Source of the DNA: Candidatus Coatesbacteria bacterium
Lineage (GTDB): Bacteria > JAFGND01
NCBI GenBank assembly: GCA_016927185.1
Contig: JAFGND010000067.1
Coordinates: forward strand, 1-35,744
Direction: 5' to 3'
Length of the DNA stretch: 35,744 nucleotides
Of this stretch, positions 7,304-16,795 are shown piece by piece (position 1 is the first letter of the stretch; every line of letters starts with the position of its first letter). The notes under the pieces are model-generated. The model ran no database searches and was not told where the DNA came from. It saw only the letters and a list, made by a program, of their open reading frames with translations. The position numbers and the translations under genes were made by a program.

Positions 7304-9949
7304 ATGAATATTATCGGGATCAAGGCACTTCAGGGAGCCAATTACTATTTCGAGGAGCCTGTAATAATGATGACACTGGATATAGGTGAATGGTGCAGAT
7401 ATAACAGTTCTGATTTCAAGGAATTCACTCTTAAACTAAAGGAAATGCTGCCAACACTATCCGAACATCATTGCAGTGAGGGAATGAAGGGAGGATTGCT
7501 TGCAAGGATAGATGAGGGAACCGGATTCGCTCATATAATAGAACATGTGGCAATAGAACTTCAGAATATGGCTGGCATAGAGGTTGGTGCAGGAAAAACA
7601 AGAATTCATGAAGAACCTTCCATTTTTCACGTTGTCTATAGATATATTGATGATGAGTCAGGCATTTATGCAGGCAAAAAAGCTGTTTATATTGTGGAGT
7701 ATATACTTCATAGCCTTGAAAATATGCCTGAAGGAATTGAACGCAAGATAATTGAAAAACCTGATTTAGAAACGATTATAAATGAGATAACAGAGATAAA
7801 AGAGGAATTCACTTTAGGTCCTTCTACATCTGCAATAGTTGCTGAAGCAAAAAGGAGCGGAATCCCTGTGATCAGACTGGACAAAAAATCGCTTGTCCAG
7901 CTCGGTGCAGGCAAGTTCGCAAGAAGAATAAGGGCTACTGCTACTGACATGACGAATATAATCGCAGTGGATACTGCAGAGATACCATCGCTTGTGCAAT
8001 CAATTCTGGATAAGTCTGGGATACCCATTATTCAGACGAGAGTTACAGAAAATGTTGATGAGGCAATAAAAATAGCAGAAACCATAGGCTTCCCGCTTGT
8101 TGTAAAACCATATCTGGGACAGAAAGGAAAGGGAATAACACTTAATGTAAGAAATGAGGAGGAGCTTAAGAGTGCATATTACAGGGCAAGAAGCTTTACT
8201 GAGCTTGTGATTTTGGAGGAATACATAGAAGGATTTACTTACAGGTTTCTTGTGATAAACGGGAAAACTGCTGCTGTTGCAAGAAGAACACCTGCTTCCG
8301 TAATAGGAGATGGAGAACATACAATCTCTCAGCTTGCTGATATTGAAAACAAGAATCCCAGACGCGGAAGTGGTGACAAACCTCTTGGCAAGATAGTACT
8401 TGATAACGAGTCTGATTTCCTTTTGAAATCAAGAGGTTACAGGACTGACACAATACTGAAACAGGGAGAACAGGTATCACTTCAGATAAGCTGTTCACCT
8501 GCATTGGGAGGTTATTCTGTTGATGTTACCAAAATGGTTCATCAATCTAATTGCTATTTCGTTGAACGTGCGGTAAAAATTGTTGGACTGGACATTGCAG
8601 GTGTTGATGTTGTTGCACCTTCAATCAGGGAATTCTTCAAGGAAACTGGAGGAAAAATACTGGGGGTCTCAACTTCTCCTGACTTCAGACCTCACATCAA
8701 TCCAGCAGAAGGACAGGGCAAGAATGTAGCAAAATCTGTCATAGATATGCTTTTCCCTGAAGGCAGTAATGCATGGATCCCGCTTATTGCTGTTGCAGGA
8801 ACCTCAGGCAAGACATCTACAAGCCACATGATTACTCATATATTGACAAGTCTCGGAGAAGATGTAGGACTTGCATCTTCAGAGGGAATTTTCATGGGAA
8901 CAACGAAGATAAAAGAGGGAGACAGCTCTAATGCTAATGGTGCACAGACTCTTCTTCGGGATCCAGAGGCAGGTTGTGCTATAATAGAGGTATCCCATGA
9001 GTCAATTGAAGATGAAGGGCTTGGTTATCAGAAAGCTGATGTTTCAGTTCTTCTCAATCTTCATGATGAGTATAATGACAGAAACAGTGAAAGGACAGAA
9101 TATCTCAAGAAGCTTGTCATCAGGCAGACAGAAGATTGGGGAATAGCAGTACTTAATGCAGATGATGACCTTGTAAGCTCTTTCGCGAAAGAGATAAGAA
9201 ATGAGATAATATATTTCTCGTCTAATGAAGATAATCCTGTATTGAAGGAGCATCTTGACAAGGATGGAACACTGGTTTTATACAAAAACGGGGAGATAAT
9301 AGTCAGACAGGGAAATGATTCAACTATCCCGCTTGCAAGGATATACGAGCTCCCCTTCACGCATTCGGGGAAAGCCTCATGGCAGATATACAACTCGCTT
9401 GCTGCAGCCGCTTCAGTACTTGCACTTGGAAGGATAAGCGAGGGGAGATACAAGACTGGAAAAGGAAGAGTCTGGAAGCCTGCAGATCTTCATTTCGGAA
9501 TGGTTAGCTTCTATCCTTCAATAAATGATATCCCGGGTCTTTTAAACTATCTCAAGATAGACGGGCTTGAGATATTTTTTGACAGGGCAATAACAGAAAT
9601 TTCAATGGAATATGTTTTCAATTTCATATCAAGACAATTCACAAAGAACAAGATGCTTCTCGCTCCATTGAAGCCTCAAATCAACAGCAGTTTTATAGAC
9701 AGCATTTCAAGAAAAGCTGTTTTGTTGTTTGATAGAATTCTGCTTTTTGGAGATATAGAAGAAAGCGAATGGTATACATCGCTTTACGAAAAAAACTCAT
9801 CTAAAATTACTGTATACAAGAAAGAACAGGATGCTCTTGATGAGATTTCAGGAAAAATAGACAGGGAAGCTCTTATGCTTTATGTTACAGATAATCCGCG
9901 TAAATCTGCTGTCTTGCTGCTAAAGCTTCAGGAGAAACTTGGAAGCTAG
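7304..9949 (+). CDS. cphA: Cyanophycin synthetase-like protein (CphA architecture, divergent)
   Basis: N domain (GANY; HCSEG...EGTGFAHIIEHVAIELQ), ATP-grasp (LGPSTSAIV, LVQLG, PLVVKP, GLDIAGVDVV), Mur-ligase-like domain (IAVAGTSGKTST, VLNADD). Several catalytic motifs are altered. ATG at 7304 has an AAAGGA RBS; alternative TTG at 7283. Confidence 0.78.
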   Translation: MNIIGIKALQGANYYFEEPVIMMTLDIGEWCRYNSSDFKEFTLKLKEMLPTLSEHHCSEGMKGGLLARIDEGTGFAHIIEHVAIELQNMAGIEVGAGKTRIHEEPSIFHVVYRYIDDESGIYAGKKAVYIVEYILHSLENMPEGIERKIIEKPDLETIINEITEIKEEFTLGPSTSAIVAEAKRSGIPVIRLDKKSLVQLGAGKFARRIRATATDMTNIIAVDTAEIPSLVQSILDKSGIPIIQTRVTENVDEAIKIAETIGFPLVVKPYLGQKGKGITLNVRNEEELKSAYYRARSFTELVILEEYIEGFTYRFLVINGKTAAVARRTPASVIGDGEHTISQLADIENKNPRRGSGDKPLGKIVLDNESDFLLKSRGYRTDTILKQGEQVSLQISCSPALGGYSVDVTKMVHQSNCYFVERAVKIVGLDIAGVDVVAPSIREFFKETGGKILGVSTSPDFRPHINPAEGQGKNVAKSVIDMLFPEGSNAWIPLIAVAGTSGKTSTSHMITHILTSLGEDVGLASSEGIFMGTTKIKEGDSSNANGAQTLLRDPEAGCAIIEVSHESIEDEGLGYQKADVSVLLNLHDEYNDRNSERTEYLKKLVIRQTEDWGIAVLNADDDLVSSFAKEIRNEIIYFSSNEDNPVLKEHLDKDGTLVLYKNGEIIVRQGNDSTIPLARIYELPFTHSGKASWQIYNSLAAAASVLALGRISEGRYKTGKGRVWKPADLHFGMVSFYPSINDIPGLLNYLKIDGLEIFFDRAITEISMEYVFNFISRQFTKNKMLLAPLKPQINSSFIDSISRKAVLLFDRILLFGDIEESEWYTSLYEKNSSKITVYKKEQDALDEISGKIDREALMLYVTDNPRKSAVLLLKLQEKLGS

Positions 9950-10113
9950 CTTAATGTCTTGACACAAGCCCAGACAAGCTTGCCCTGTCCGAGATATTCG
10001 TCATAGCAATCTTCTTCAGCTTTTGCATAATATGAATAATCAGCGCAGGTAAGAGCAGTTTTCTCGAAAGCTTTTTCGCTTCTTATTACCGGTTTCGTAT
10101 ATCTCTTCAACAT
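9946..10113 (-). CDS. 55-aa putative RiPP precursor peptide MLKRYTKPVIRSEKAFEKTALTCADYSYYAKAEEDCYDEYLGQGKLVWACVKTLS
   Basis: Hand-translated (below the ORF-track cutoff). AAGGAG RBS, YxKPxI leader motif, three Cys, paralog at 35487-35650. Stop codon overlaps the cphA stop (CTAG, 9946-9949). Confidence 0.82.
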   Translation of the reverse strand: MLKRYTKPVIRSEKAFEKTALTCADYSYYAKAEEDCYDEYLGQGKLVWACVKTLS

Positions 10114-10179
10114 TTCTCCTTTTAATTACATGAAGGTGAAAGCAAATAGGATTATCTTTTGTCAATCCAAAATTTCATG

Positions 10180-11199
10180 TCATTTCAGGAATTCCCTTCC
10201 TTCCAGCATTCTTTTTCTTCTTGTGAAAGCATGGAAAACACCTCTAATTCCACCATAAATGAATGCGAAATTCCTTGCAATCTGCATAAGCATTGCAAAT
10301 AACGGGAATATTATGCCTTTTTCTCTTTTTATCCAGAATATGAAATAACTGATATTCAAAATGAAATATGCAAGAAACGGTATGAATGCCAGTTTTGGTA
10401 AAAACACTATCAGCATTATGAATGATGGAATAAGAAGCATCGTCATAAGAAGATTGAGGGCAACCTCAGGCATATTTATATCCTTTGTCTTCATGACCTT
10501 GTCCCTGGGGAAAAGCAGTGATATTATCGCTCTTGAAGTGCCCCTTCTTGCCTTCTGTATCATGAGGTCTCTGAAATTCGTCCTGTCTATATGCGGCATT
10601 CTGCTTTCCTCGAAAACCTTTATCCTGTGCTTTCTGGTTATCTCAAGTGACATCAACGTATCATCACCGCTTGCAATTCCCTGCATTATTATGGACTCAG
10701 GAGCCTTTCTGTCCAGAAGCACATCTTTCCAGTAAATGCAGTTACCTGTTGCAAGAACCGAAGCATCCCTTATCTGATTCTTGAACCAGAGGTAGAACTG
10801 GTCTCCTATTGCGAATCGGTTTATGCAGTTTTTCATGTCATATGGTTCATAAATACCGCCAACTCCACCATAATCTCTGCTGAGCTTACTCACAAGAAAT
10901 GAAAGCCAGTCAGGATGAGGTACACAATCTGAATCAGTGAATGCAATTATCTCCCCATTTGCATTCCTTGCTCCTTCCTGTCTTGCCTCTGCAGGACCTC
11001 TGTTTTCAGGCATCTTGATGTATCTTGCATTATAATTCTGGACAATTTCTAAAGAATTATCCTTCGAGCAGTCATCCACAACAATAACTTCGAATTCTGG
11101 ATAATCTTGCTTGAAAACTGCATCAAGACACAGTTTCATTGTCTTCTCTGCATTATACATCGGAATTACAATTGAAACCAGAGCCGGTTTTTCAGGCAT
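10180..11199 (-). CDS. GT2-family glycosyltransferase with C-terminal membrane helices
   Basis: VSIVIPMYN, VVDDCSKD, NRGPAEAR, AFTDSDC DxD motif; hydrophobic C-terminus; 8-bp overlap with the rSAM stop. Confidence 0.92.
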   Translation of the reverse strand: MPEKPALVSIVIPMYNAEKTMKLCLDAVFKQDYPEFEVIVVDDCSKDNSLEIVQNYNARYIKMPENRGPAEARQEGARNANGEIIAFTDSDCVPHPDWLSFLVSKLSRDYGGVGGIYEPYDMKNCINRFAIGDQFYLWFKNQIRDASVLATGNCIYWKDVLLDRKAPESIIMQGIASGDDTLMSLEITRKHRIKVFEESRMPHIDRTNFRDLMIQKARRGTSRAIISLLFPRDKVMKTKDINMPEVALNLLMTMLLIPSFIMLIVFLPKLAFIPFLAYFILNISYFIFWIKREKGIIFPLFAMLMQIARNFAFIYGGIRGVFHAFTRRKRMLEGREFLK

Positions 11200-12271
11200 T
11201 GAAATATTCCCTGTAGACAGGTTTCAATAGTCTCTTATAAAGTTTCGGATTCATGAGAACATTTGCAAAAATAGCGCATTCCCACGAACATGGAGGGCAA
11301 TATCCCTTCTTTATCCTGTCTGAAATCCCCTGAGCCTGTTCGCTTTGAAGCAGCTTCCCGAGATCCATGTCATAATCCTTCAAGTTTCCCATTTCCGGTG
11401 GACGAAGTTCACAAGGAAGAACAGCCCCGTTCTCCCTTATTATTATCATTTTCTCTCCGCAGACGCATGGGATAGCCATTTTGTTTGCTTCCCTGCTTTC
11501 TGCAACAATTTTTGTATTGAGACTGTACATTGCCCTGATTACTCCTGAAAATGGTTTTCTCTCCTTCGGTTTTCTCTTCTTCAAGAGATAATCAACTGCA
11601 GCAAGGTATTCGTGCACAGAAACATCAGCTACTTCTGGTGTCCTGCTATCCAGCCTTGCAAGAGCGATATTGTGGTTATCTGGCTTGAAGTCCTTGTCAA
11701 CAGCATCAATAATTTTCTCCATCTTGTGCTTGTTGCTGCTTGTCATTGCAGTTGTTATATCAAGAGAGAACCTTGGATACTTTATCTGCATTGTTCGCAG
11801 GTCTCTGAACAGCATGAACAAATCCTCATAGAGATTTGGAATACCCCGAAGTTCGTCATGATCCGTTCCCACTCCATCCACTGAAAACTGGAATTTTATG
11901 AAGATATTCTTTCTCTTTTTCACCATTTTCTCTATATTATCGAACATCCTGTCTCTTAAAGTGCCATTTGTAGGAATTACAAACAGTCTAGTGCCTGACA
12001 ATTTATGGAATGCAGAAACTATTTCAGGCAGATCATTTCTAAGGAATGGTTCTCCCCCGGTAAGGGTGACATACTGGAAATACTTGTATTTGCTGCACAT
12101 CTGCTCTATCTGGGAAAGATTGAGTTCTTCTTCACCATTATTGAGTCTGTTCCAGTAAAAGCAGTGATGGCATCTTGCATTGCAGCGCGAGGTTACGAAG
12201 AATATCAGATATGAGACATTCTTCGTGAAAAGCGCATTATGTATAAATTTTGTCCTGTCTATAAAGTTCAT
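11192..12271 (-). CDS. Radical SAM protein with SPASM/twitch-type C-terminal Cys domain
   Basis: CNARCHHC, LTGGEPFLR, TNG, SVDG; C-terminal CVCG...GAVLPC...CPPCSWEC. Confidence 0.9.
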   Translation of the reverse strand: MNFIDRTKFIHNALFTKNVSYLIFFVTSRCNARCHHCFYWNRLNNGEEELNLSQIEQMCSKYKYFQYVTLTGGEPFLRNDLPEIVSAFHKLSGTRLFVIPTNGTLRDRMFDNIEKMVKKRKNIFIKFQFSVDGVGTDHDELRGIPNLYEDLFMLFRDLRTMQIKYPRFSLDITTAMTSSNKHKMEKIIDAVDKDFKPDNHNIALARLDSRTPEVADVSVHEYLAAVDYLLKKRKPKERKPFSGVIRAMYSLNTKIVAESREANKMAIPCVCGEKMIIIRENGAVLPCELRPPEMGNLKDYDMDLGKLLQSEQAQGISDRIKKGYCPPCSWECAIFANVLMNPKLYKRLLKPVYREYFNA

Positions 12272-12369
12272 GTTTCTCTTTTTAATGCATATATGCTAAT
12301 AATGCTTGAAATATTGCAAGAGAAAACTGAGATTACTTGTTTTTTATTCTAGCAGATTGAGGATTAATC

Positions 12370-12506
12370 AAGGGGCTAAACCCCCTTGCTATCCATTGAA
12401 TGGGAGAACTAACTGCAACAGGTTAGAATTAATTGCTACTGATACTTCAATAGTCAGGGATTCACAGTTTTAATTTATGCTAGTAAGGGGCTAAACCCCC
12501 TTGCTA
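12370..12506. repeat. Two identical 22-bp palindromic REP-like elements
   Basis: AAGGGGCTAAACCCCCTTGCTA at 12370-12391 and 12485-12506; each folds as AAGGGG/CCCCTT. Confidence 0.8.
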
Positions 12507-13067
12507 CGTTAATTCTTCCTTCAATATCTCTATCCTGTTCATATCTAATTCATTCCAGTCATGAAGCCTTATCCAGTTCTTACCCTCTCCTTCAGAGTTG
12601 CATAATTCGTCCCCAAGCAGTATGCCAAGAATATTCAGGTTCAATGCAAGCTTGATATCACTTTCCTTGTCGCCTATTACAATGCTTCTCTTCAAATTTA
12701 TGTCAAAGTCCCTAACTGCTCGTTTCACAAGACCAGGTTTCGGTTTCCTGCACTTGCAATCCTTGAGATAAGGGAAGAAGCCTTCCTGGGGATGATGAGG
12801 ACAGAAATAAAACCCGTCTATATCTGCACCTTCAAGTCTGACAAGCTCAAGTATCCTCAAGTTTACCCTTACTACATCCTCTTCAGTGAAATAGCCTCTT
12901 GCAACACCACTTTGATTGCTGACTATTATAATAAGGTAACCTTTGTCATGAAGTCTCTTTAGTCCTTTTGCAGCATCAGGCATGAGAACGACCATATCGG
13001 GACTTGAAATGTATCCGAAATCAATATTTACTGTCCCGTCTCTGTCAATGAATGCAGCTTTTGTCAT
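12504..13067 (-). CDS. gmhB: D-glycero-D-manno-heptose 1,7-bisphosphate phosphatase (HAD IIIA)
   Basis: FIDRDGT, SNQSGVARG, CPHHP, CKCRKPKPG, IGDKESD. Confidence 0.88.
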   Translation of the reverse strand: MTKAAFIDRDGTVNIDFGYISSPDMVVLMPDAAKGLKRLHDKGYLIIIVSNQSGVARGYFTEEDVVRVNLRILELVRLEGADIDGFYFCPHHPQEGFFPYLKDCKCRKPKPGLVKRAVRDFDINLKRSIVIGDKESDIKLALNLNILGILLGDELCNSEGEGKNWIRLHDWNELDMNRIEILKEELT

Positions 13068-14290
13068 CAAGCTCCGAACTTGAGAAGCCTTCCAGCATGT
13101 GCCATTGCTAGACCTATAAGCATCTCAGATGGCATTTGCCCCATTCCTCCATGTTCGCATGCTTTTTCAGTGAATACTTTCTGGTCATCAACTCTGACAA
13201 GCTTCCCGTTTATAAGAGTTGGGACCGGATGAAAACTGTGGCTTTCCATAATGCATGGGGTAGAATGATCCGCAGTAACCAGTATCACAGCGGGTTTAAG
13301 GGCAGCTATTCTTGGTATTACTGTATCAACTTCCTCAATTACATGCACTTTTGCATCAAAATTCCCATCCTCGCCATAACTGTCTGTCTTTTTTATATGT
13401 ATGAAAAAGAAATCATAATCTTCATAATGCTTCTGAAGAGTATCAATCTCTGCTGAAACAGTTTCTCCAGCAATTTCAAGCAACTCCATGCCAGTAAGTG
13501 ATGCCAGTCCCCTGTACATGGGATAAACTGCAATTGCTGCACTTCTCATTTTGTATGTTTCCATGAAAGTTGGAAGTGGATGATATGCATCAAATCCCCT
13601 CATCAATATGGCATTAGCTTTGGGTTCATCTGACAGAACTTCACTTGCTTTCCCTATGAACTTGTTTACCAGTCCTGCAGTATGAATTGAAGCCTTGTCA
13701 GTCTCATCTGTTGATACTGCAGGAAGCGGTTTCTTGCCAGTCACCTGTGGATCAGTATCTATTATGGAGCCCCCAAGCCCTTCACCCCTGAATACAACCA
13801 TTGCCCTGTGCTCTTTCACTGCCTTGACCAGGATTTCAACTCCTTCTACTTTTATTGACGAAAGTTTCTCTACAAGTCTTATGCATTCCTCTGTGGATAT
13901 TCTTCCTGCACGCCTGTCAGTAATAACTCCATCTTTGTTTATTGTTGCAAAATTGATTCTCGATGCAATATCACCTTTCTTAAGCAGGAAACCGGCACCA
14001 AGTGCCTCCAGTATTCCCCTTCCTATAACTACATCTACTGGATTGAAACCGAAAAGACCAAGATGACCTGGACCTGAACCTGGTGTTATGCCGTAATCAA
14101 CTGGGTGACATAATCCGCATGCTCCAGCTGCAACGAGATTGTCAAGATTCGGTGTCTTTGCCTTTTCAAGAGGAGTTTCAGAGTATTTGCCAGTTGCAAG
14201 GTCTCCCAAACCATCCATTACCAGATAAACTATTTTACCGCCTTCCTGAGCCAAAGACTTGAGAAGTTTCTGTCTCTTGCTGAGCTCCAT
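13067..14290 (-). CDS. apgM: 2,3-bisphosphoglycerate-independent phosphoglycerate mutase (ApgM type)
   Basis: MDGLGD, TPLEKAKTPNLD, PGSGPGHL, GRGILEALG, DRRAGRI, TDSYGEDG, TADHSTP, HSFHPVP. Confidence 0.92.
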   Translation of the reverse strand: MELSKRQKLLKSLAQEGGKIVYLVMDGLGDLATGKYSETPLEKAKTPNLDNLVAAGACGLCHPVDYGITPGSGPGHLGLFGFNPVDVVIGRGILEALGAGFLLKKGDIASRINFATINKDGVITDRRAGRISTEECIRLVEKLSSIKVEGVEILVKAVKEHRAMVVFRGEGLGGSIIDTDPQVTGKKPLPAVSTDETDKASIHTAGLVNKFIGKASEVLSDEPKANAILMRGFDAYHPLPTFMETYKMRSAAIAVYPMYRGLASLTGMELLEIAGETVSAEIDTLQKHYEDYDFFFIHIKKTDSYGEDGNFDAKVHVIEEVDTVIPRIAALKPAVILVTADHSTPCIMESHSFHPVPTLINGKLVRVDDQKVFTEKACEHGGMGQMPSEMLIGLAMAHAGRLLKFGA

Positions 14291-14407
14291 ATGCCCTCCT
14301 TGATGTCAGTGTTGAAATCCAGCCAAATACTTTGAAGCCAGGAAACATATTCTCAAATAAGGTGTCAAGCAAAGAGCATCTGTTTCCTGAATGATTTTCA
14401 AGACTTG

Positions 14408-15325
14408 CTAATGTGCGATGAAATTCATGAAATTGTCTATCACCTTATCAACAAGAGGCTTTTTTATGGTTCTATCAATCCAGTGCCTGGGAACATCCCT
14501 GTAATAAAGTCCTGCAAGCCCACCAGTTATTGCTCCAACACTGTCTGAGTCTTCCCCAAGATTTACTGCAGCAAGCATTATTTCCTCACAGTTTCTGCCA
14601 TTCAGAAAGGACCAAATAGCAGCTTCAAGAGAATGAATGCTGTAACCTGATGATGATATCTGATCCTCTACAAGCTGACTGATGCTGCCATCAAGGATTC
14701 TCTCGAAATGGCTTATTTCATGATTGTTGTGATAAGTCTTCATGAATTCCTCACAAGCCTTCTTGTAGGCAAGCATTTTAGTCTCACCCTTGAGAAGATA
14801 TCTTCCCAGCATAAGATAGAATGCACATGCAAGAAGAGTTCTCTTGTGGGCATGAGTAATTGATGAAACTTCATTTGATATTACCAATGCATTTTGCAAT
14901 GGCATGCTGTCAGTAAGAAAAACCAAGGCTATCATTCTCATCAGGCTTCCATTCCCGTTATCGAATTCACCATTCAAGCCACTCTGATAAGGGCTTATGC
15001 CTTTCTTCAGGTTTTCCATAGCTTTCCTGGTTGTGTTTCCTATATCAAAAGCTGTTCCAATAGGTGTCATATACCCCTGTTCATACCACTTGAGAAATCT
15101 TTCTGCTACATGATTTACATCATAACCTCTTCTTGTAGTGAGACTTTCCGCGAGACACAAAGTCATGGAGCTGTCATCTGACCATGTTCCTGCTGGACCG
15201 AAATGTGAATCTTCTATGTCAGTAACAGGAATCATGTCTTTCTTGGGTATGGTTGAATTCTTCAATCCAAGCATGTCACCTGCAACAACTCCCCACAAGC
15301 TATTGTAAACAGTGGATTTGTCCAT
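14408..15325 (-). CDS. ADP-ribosylglycohydrolase (DraG/ARH family)
   Basis: GDMLG, WSDDSSM, FDIGNTT, NGNGSLMR, THAH, NLGEDSDS, GGLAG. Confidence 0.92.
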   Translation of the reverse strand: MDKSTVYNSLWGVVAGDMLGLKNSTIPKKDMIPVTDIEDSHFGPAGTWSDDSSMTLCLAESLTTRRGYDVNHVAERFLKWYEQGYMTPIGTAFDIGNTTRKAMENLKKGISPYQSGLNGEFDNGNGSLMRMIALVFLTDSMPLQNALVISNEVSSITHAHKRTLLACAFYLMLGRYLLKGETKMLAYKKACEEFMKTYHNNHEISHFERILDGSISQLVEDQISSSGYSIHSLEAAIWSFLNGRNCEEIMLAAVNLGEDSDSVGAITGGLAGLYYRDVPRHWIDRTIKKPLVDKVIDNFMNFIAH

Positions 15326-15597
15326 GCTTCTCCTTTCTCCTATCTATTTTAATCCTGCTCACTCATAAGCAACTGATTGTCAACAAAATATACTGCTTGA
15401 TATATAGAAGCATCTTTAATAAAGATTTTCTTGACTATCATGATTTAAGCTGCTTTGTTTAGCAAAAAAAAGTCAAGGATTAATTGAAAATTCTTAATTG
15501 CATTCATGGAATATATATGTAATTCATTTGACAAAAAAGCATTTCTTGAGTTAATGGCTTTGTAATTACGTGAGGTTAATATAAAAGGGAGGAAGAG

Positions 15598-16773
15598 ATG
15601 TCCTGTAATATTTTCGTATATTTGGTTTTACTTACAATCATAACTTATTCCTTTGCCGAAGTGGATTTCTCTAAATCTGGAACATTCGATTATGATTCGC
15701 TAACCGTATCTATACCTGGAGATGGTGAAACAATGAGTAATTCCATGATATATCATCCATGGGATAACGGTAAAGTACCGGATCAGGCTAAACCATGTCC
15801 CATAGTGGTTTTCGGACATGGATGGCAAATGCCTATAGACAGGTATAACAGTTATGCAAGACATCTTGCCACATGGGGATATATCGTCGTTTTACCCACA
15901 TTTTCCAATCCGGTTGTGAATCCTGAGCATGAAAGACGCTCCAGATGTCTCATTGCTGCAGCAAGATATATAGTAAATCTTAATAACCAGTCTAGCAGCA
16001 GATTATTCAATGCAGTAGATACAGACAACTGGGGATTTGCTGGTCACAGTCTTGGTGGTTCACTTTCTTTGCTTGCAGCATCACTTTATGGAGTCCAGCT
16101 AAGGGATTCGCTTCATGCAGTTGTTTCTTTCAGCGGACCCAAAACAACTCCGGATACCCAGGAAGAGAACATTTTATGTGCAAAGATGATTCTGGGCGGG
16201 ACAAAAGACAAGATATGCGACTGGATTCAGATGAGAGCTGATATGTGGGACAAAGCAAAGAAACCTGGTGTTTTCGCTATTATTAAAGGTGCAAATCATA
16301 ACCAGTTCATGGATTATTCCACTCCACTGGAGGACATCTTTGATGGAAAGGCAGACATAAACAGGTTATTGCAGCTGAAACTTGCAAGAAGACATATGAC
16401 AGCTTATATTGAACGATACCTTAAGAATGATAAATCCAAATGGAATTACAGCTTTTGCTATGGAGATTCCATGAAAGGAAGCAGCTATATGGATACTGTC
16501 GAAACAAGGGAAGACGAGATGGGCTTCAGAATGAATCTCATGGCAAAGTTATTGCCTGACAGGGATTTTTCGGTTTCTCCAAATCCAGTAAAATATAGTT
16601 GCAATTTCAAGGGATTTTACGGGAAGGTTTACATCTATGACTCAATGGGGAAACTTGTTGATATTCATTCCACAAAGACTTCCTGGATACCTGACAGGAA
16701 ACTCAAAAATGGAGTCTATATAGCAAGTTCTGAAAACGGGAAAAGCAAGATCTTGATTATTCTGAGAGATTAA
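15598..16773 (+). CDS. Secreted alpha/beta hydrolase (chlorophyllase/dienelactone-hydrolase-like) with T9SS-like C-terminal domain
   Basis: Signal peptide; VVFGHG, ATWGYIV, GHSLGG nucleophile, GTKD, GANH; C-terminal SPNPV...IYDSMGKLV...NGVY. Confidence 0.8.
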   Translation: MSCNIFVYLVLLTIITYSFAEVDFSKSGTFDYDSLTVSIPGDGETMSNSMIYHPWDNGKVPDQAKPCPIVVFGHGWQMPIDRYNSYARHLATWGYIVVLPTFSNPVVNPEHERRSRCLIAAARYIVNLNNQSSSRLFNAVDTDNWGFAGHSLGGSLSLLAASLYGVQLRDSLHAVVSFSGPKTTPDTQEENILCAKMILGGTKDKICDWIQMRADMWDKAKKPGVFAIIKGANHNQFMDYSTPLEDIFDGKADINRLLQLKLARRHMTAYIERYLKNDKSKWNYSFCYGDSMKGSSYMDTVETREDEMGFRMNLMAKLLPDRDFSVSPNPVKYSCNFKGFYGKVYIYDSMGKLVDIHSTKTSWIPDRKLKNGVYIASSENGKSKILIILRD

Positions 16774-16795
16774 TTAAACCTCTTTCAGGCAATTG

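Noticed and set aside
12370-12506. Possible mini CRISPR array
   Set aside because: Only two 22-bp units with a 93-bp spacer and no cas genes; fits REP elements better.
14339-14389. Imperfect 16-bp inverted repeat (14/16) flanking a TTGACA upstream of apgM
   Set aside because: Could be an operator or weak terminator, but there is no U-tract or second instance to support a call.
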